Part shown: in pieces, positions 54,043-64,000 of the stretch
Layout: each line of letters begins with the position of its first letter
Numbering within the stretch: the stretch's first letter is position 1
From: an uncultured Planctomycetota bacterium
GTDB lineage: Bacteria; Planctomycetota; Planctomycetia; Isosphaerales; Isosphaeraceae
Reading direction: 5' to 3'
DNA length: 64,000 nucleotides
Assembly (NCBI GenBank): GCA_963823665.1
Contig: CAWGMQ010000010.1
Span: 544,001 to 608,000, forward strand
Notes under the pieces: generated by a model
What the model was told of the DNA's origin: nothing
Databases searched by the model: none
What the model saw: only the letters and a program-made list of their open reading frames with translations
Program-made: the position numbers and the translations under genes

Positions 54043-54137
54043 TTCGAAAATAATTCCAAGAATCTCGCGACAGGTTTCGCCCCAAATGCCTTACAAAGAG
54101 GGAGGGATGAAGATCGACCCGATCCGGAGCTTCGCCC

Positions 54138-59354
<5,217 letters not shown>

Positions 59355-59406
59355 TCATCGCACGATTGGGTCCTTGTCCCAGGAATCCTTTTTATCCCGG
59401 AAACCG

Positions 59407-59820
59407 TCAAACCGACCAGTCCTCCAGCACAAGCCCGGGAACTTGACCGAAGTCGCGGCGATTTCGCGTGACCAGGATCGACTGCCTCACCAAAGCAATC
59501 GAGGCGATCTTCCGGTCTTGTGTGCCGACGCGAATTCGAACAAGGCGCTGAAAATTGGTCTCGGCGGCCTGGTCGAACGGGAGAACTGGGAATTGCGCAA
59601 AGTCCAGGAGCGCTTGTTCGAGCATAGCGTAAGCTGCGATTCGTTTCGGCCCATCGTTTGCCCGAGCCAAGGTTGACAGCCGGCCGCGAAGGGTCTCCTC
59701 GACAGTCACCACGCTAATTCCGACCTCACCCAGGGAGCGCAACGCCAAGCGACGCGCGACCTGGGGGTGCCCATGCTGAAACAGCGTCAGGTGGTCGGTG
59801 TCAAAGACGTATCGGGGCAT
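59407..59820 (-). CDS. PIN-domain (VapC-family) toxin
   Basis: YVFDTD, VTVEE, TQDRKIA and LVTRNRRDF. Confidence 0.9.
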   Translation of the reverse strand: MPRYVFDTDHLTLFQHGHPQVARRLALRSLGEVGISVVTVEETLRGRLSTLARANDGPKRIAAYAMLEQALLDFAQFPVLPFDQAAETNFQRLVRIRVGTQDRKIASIALVRQSILVTRNRRDFGQVPGLVLEDWSV

Positions 59821-60158
59821 TCACCGGGGCCCGAGTTCTGCTGCTCACGGAGATCCATCTCTTCGCGGAACTTGCGAATCTCTTCTAGGTAGATGTCGAA
59901 GTCGGGGTCATCTTTGGCGTAGCCAAAGCGGCTCATGATCGGATTCTCCCGCCAAATCTCGACCCACTGAAGCGATCCCTCGTCGAACTGCTGGCGAACC
60001 GCGGCGCGGAGCCGCTCGATGGCTTCCTCGCGGGTGGGCGCCGTCGCCGACAACTCACACTGACCCACGAGCCGGGCCGTGAATTGCCCTGCGGGCTCCG
60101 CGCGGATCTGGACCAGGCAGGTAGGATACACGCTAGGCACTTGAGTTTCCGCGCTCAT
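59787..60158 (-). CDS. Putative antitoxin with HicB-like N-terminus
   Basis: GQFTARLV...[14 protein letters not shown]; acidic tail [16 protein letters not shown]; overlaps the PIN gene. Confidence 0.7.
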   Translation of the reverse strand: MSAETQVPSVYPTCLVQIRAEPAGQFTARLVGQCELSATAPTREEAIERLRAAVRQQFDEGSLQWVEIWRENPIMSRFGYAKDDPDFDIYLEEIRKFREEMDLREQQNSGPGECPDTSLTPTT

Positions 60159-60362
60159 GCGATCAGCTCCGCGATGTTCTGGCGGATCATATGCACAGTC
60201 TATCGCCCTGGCCAGCACGCGGCAATCCGAACACACCGACCCGCGGTCCGAGGTCGATTCTCGCGATCCATTCTCCAAGACACCCGGGGTTGGTACACTC
60301 GGAACGCATGGTGGCAGCCAATCCGACCCAGCCCTGATTCCTCCCCACTCAAGAACCCGCTC

Positions 60363-61928
<1,566 letters not shown>

Positions 61929-62059
61929 TCCGCACAGCTTTTACTGGAAGCGTTTCCTGCCCTCATCGGCCTTCCCGGACGATCGATTCGTGATATCATC
62001 TAGACGAAGCAGGCTCGTTCTCGGTGTTGAAGCCGCGGCAGGAAGAAGGAGACCAGTTC

Positions 62060-63277
62060 ATGGGGCGAATCTCGTTGCGACTGACGGCGATGTGGCTGCT
62101 GGTATGCGCAAGCGCGATTTCGGTCGCTCAGGCCGAAACGAAGACAATCGCCCGCTGCGGGGCCGGTTTCCTCGAGGAAATCGACGGCTCTCGCGTGCTC
62201 CACGTCTCGGGCGAGCCCTATGAAATGGGCTACCAGCAAGGAGCCTTGCTCCGTGACGACATCCGCGAGAACATCCGCTTTCTCTTCCAGGTGAAGGCAA
62301 AAGAAATCACAGTCGAGGTCAAGGGCCTGAAGCTCCTCGATCCCAAGCGAGTCATTCAGGGCATCGTCTCGCAGCAGCGCAAGCACATCCCCGCGCGGTT
62401 CTTCGACGAGATGCGCGGAATTGCCGACGGCGCCGGCGTGGACGTGCAAGACGTGATCGTCGCCAATTTCATCCCCGAGCTCTTCCATTGCTCGGGCTTT
62501 GCATTGAGTGGATCGGCGACCAAGGACGGCACTTTGTACCACGGCCGTATCCTGGATTACGGCTGCGACTGGCGGCTCCAGGAGCACGCGGTCCTCACCG
62601 TCGCACAGCCCCGCGGCCGGATCCCGTTCGTGAACGTGACCTACGCCGGCTTCGTCGGCTCCGTGACCGGAATGAACGCCGAGCGAGTGTCGATCGGCGA
62701 AATGGGTGGGCGTGGCATGGGCCACTGGGACGGGGTTCCCATGGCCCTCCTCGTCCGGATGGTTCTCGAAGAGGCTGACAAACTCGACCGCGCAATCGAC
62801 ATCTTCCGCAACAACCCCCGAACCTGTGAGTATTACTTCGTGGTCGCCGACGGCGAAACCGGCAAGGCGGTCGGGATGGAAGCCTCCTGGGATAAGTTCG
62901 GTGTCATCGGAATGGGCGAAAGCCATCCCCGGCTGCCCCACCCGTTCAAGGACGCCGTCCTCCTCTCTGCCGGCGATCGCTACGAGCATCTCGTGAAGCG
63001 AGTCGAAAAGGGCCTGGGCTCGTTCGACGCCGAGTCCGCCCGCAGTTTGATGGACCGGCCCGTCGCGATGAAATCGAATCTGCACAGCGTCTTGTTTGAA
63101 ACCACCACGACGCGATTCTGGGTCGCCAACGCCTCCAAGGACGGCAGGCCCGCCTCCGAGCAGCCATACCACGAATTCAAGCTGCGCGACCTCCTCGCTC
63201 ATCAGGCTCACACAGGCTCCCCGGAGCTCGCGCCACCACCGGCGCCTCGGGCCGCGTCCGTCGGTCTGGCACGTTGA
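62060..63277 (+). CDS. Exported C45-family Ntn-hydrolase (autoproteolytic acyltransferase/hydrolase)
   Basis: Signal peptide; GEPYEMGYQQG; EMRGIADGAG; HCSGF; HGRILDY; TGMN. Confidence 0.85.
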   Translation: MGRISLRLTAMWLLVCASAISVAQAETKTIARCGAGFLEEIDGSRVLHVSGEPYEMGYQQGALLRDDIRENIRFLFQVKAKEITVEVKGLKLLDPKRVIQGIVSQQRKHIPARFFDEMRGIADGAGVDVQDVIVANFIPELFHCSGFALSGSATKDGTLYHGRILDYGCDWRLQEHAVLTVAQPRGRIPFVNVTYAGFVGSVTGMNAERVSIGEMGGRGMGHWDGVPMALLVRMVLEEADKLDRAIDIFRNNPRTCEYYFVVADGETGKAVGMEASWDKFGVIGMGESHPRLPHPFKDAVLLSAGDRYEHLVKRVEKGLGSFDAESARSLMDRPVAMKSNLHSVLFETTTTRFWVANASKDGRPASEQPYHEFKLRDLLAHQAHTGSPELAPPPAPRAASVGLAR

Positions 63278-63362
63278 ACATACAGATCCTTGCCCGCTTC
63301 CCCGAATTCCTGATCCGTATCCTGGACCGCTCAAGCGTCACACATCCGAGGAGAGTAGTTTG

Positions 63363-63970
63363 ATGCGGAATCTCTTGACCGCCGCGGCTCTGCTTGCGGC
63401 CTGGGCCGTCGTTTCGCAACCCGCGGTCGCAGCAATCCAAGAAAATCGACCTGCGCACCAAGGAAGGCGCCGCGGCTGTCAAGGGAGAATGGAAGTACCA
63501 CGACGTCAAGATCGTCGAGGTCGATGGCAAGGCACCCGACGGCAAGCCCAACAAGACCTACAACATCGAGCCTCATGCCGAGAAGGCCGAGTTCGACGAC
63601 AGCAAGTGGGAGACGGTCGCCCCCGAGACCTTGAAGGACCGCCGCTCCACCGGCCAGGTCTGCTTCTGCTGGTATCGAATCAAGGTCACCATCCCCCCGG
63701 AAGCCGCAGGGCAAAGCCGTCTACTTCCAGACAACCGTCGACGACTACGGCGAGATCTGGGTCGACGGCCACCTCCCTCGCACTCCCGGCAAGGGGGGCG
63801 AGGCCGTCGTCGCCGGCTTCAATGCGCCCAATCGCGTCGAGCTCAAGGAACCCAAGCCCGGCAAGGTCTATCAAATCGCCGTCTTCGGAATCAACGGTCC
63901 GATCTCGGCCGCCCCCACCAACTGGATCTTCCTGGGCGACACCTTCCTCGAGATCGTTGACAAGAAGTGA
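63363..63970 (+). CDS. Exported galactose-binding-like domain protein; two frameshifts
   Basis: Signal peptide MRNLLTAAALLAA; FDDSKWE; WYR; then TVDDYGEIWVDG...FLEIVDKK* in another frame. Confidence 0.7.
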
Positions 63971-64000
63971 GCGGCTCGAACGCCATGGTTCTGCTCGAAA

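Overview
GC-rich bacterial DNA with a strong Planctomycetota signature, probably Isosphaeraceae-like (inferred from three DUF1559/H-X9-DG proteins, three Hanks kinases with WD40 or TPR arrays, a kinase-linked ECF sigma factor, DUF1080, DUF11 and a PEP-CTERM tail). Housekeeping genes (PPi-type pfk, miaA, proC, guaA) are mixed with accessory genes, toxin-antitoxin-like pairs, gene remnants and several REP-like palindrome families. About ten genes carry single-base frameshifts, probably uncorrected long-read errors. Top finding: a hidden selenoprotein candidate at 17887-18444. Two ORFs are in the same frame and joined by a TGA at 18061 in a C-Y-R-U (CxxU) motif, with a SECIS-like hairpin immediately downstream. 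The gene follows a CysL-like LysR regulator and a palindromic T-N11-A operator, which suggests a selenium-responsive exported redox module. Also notable: a palindromic repeat inserted at the same site in two kinase paralogues (amplified to a 21-bp VNTR in one), a ~240-bp non-coding direct repeat flanking the kinase/ECF block, a 78-bp hairpin tandem array, and possible ATC/ATT start codons. No rRNA, tRNA, CRISPR array, transposase or reverse transcriptase was recognised. All family assignments come from motif reading, not database searches.
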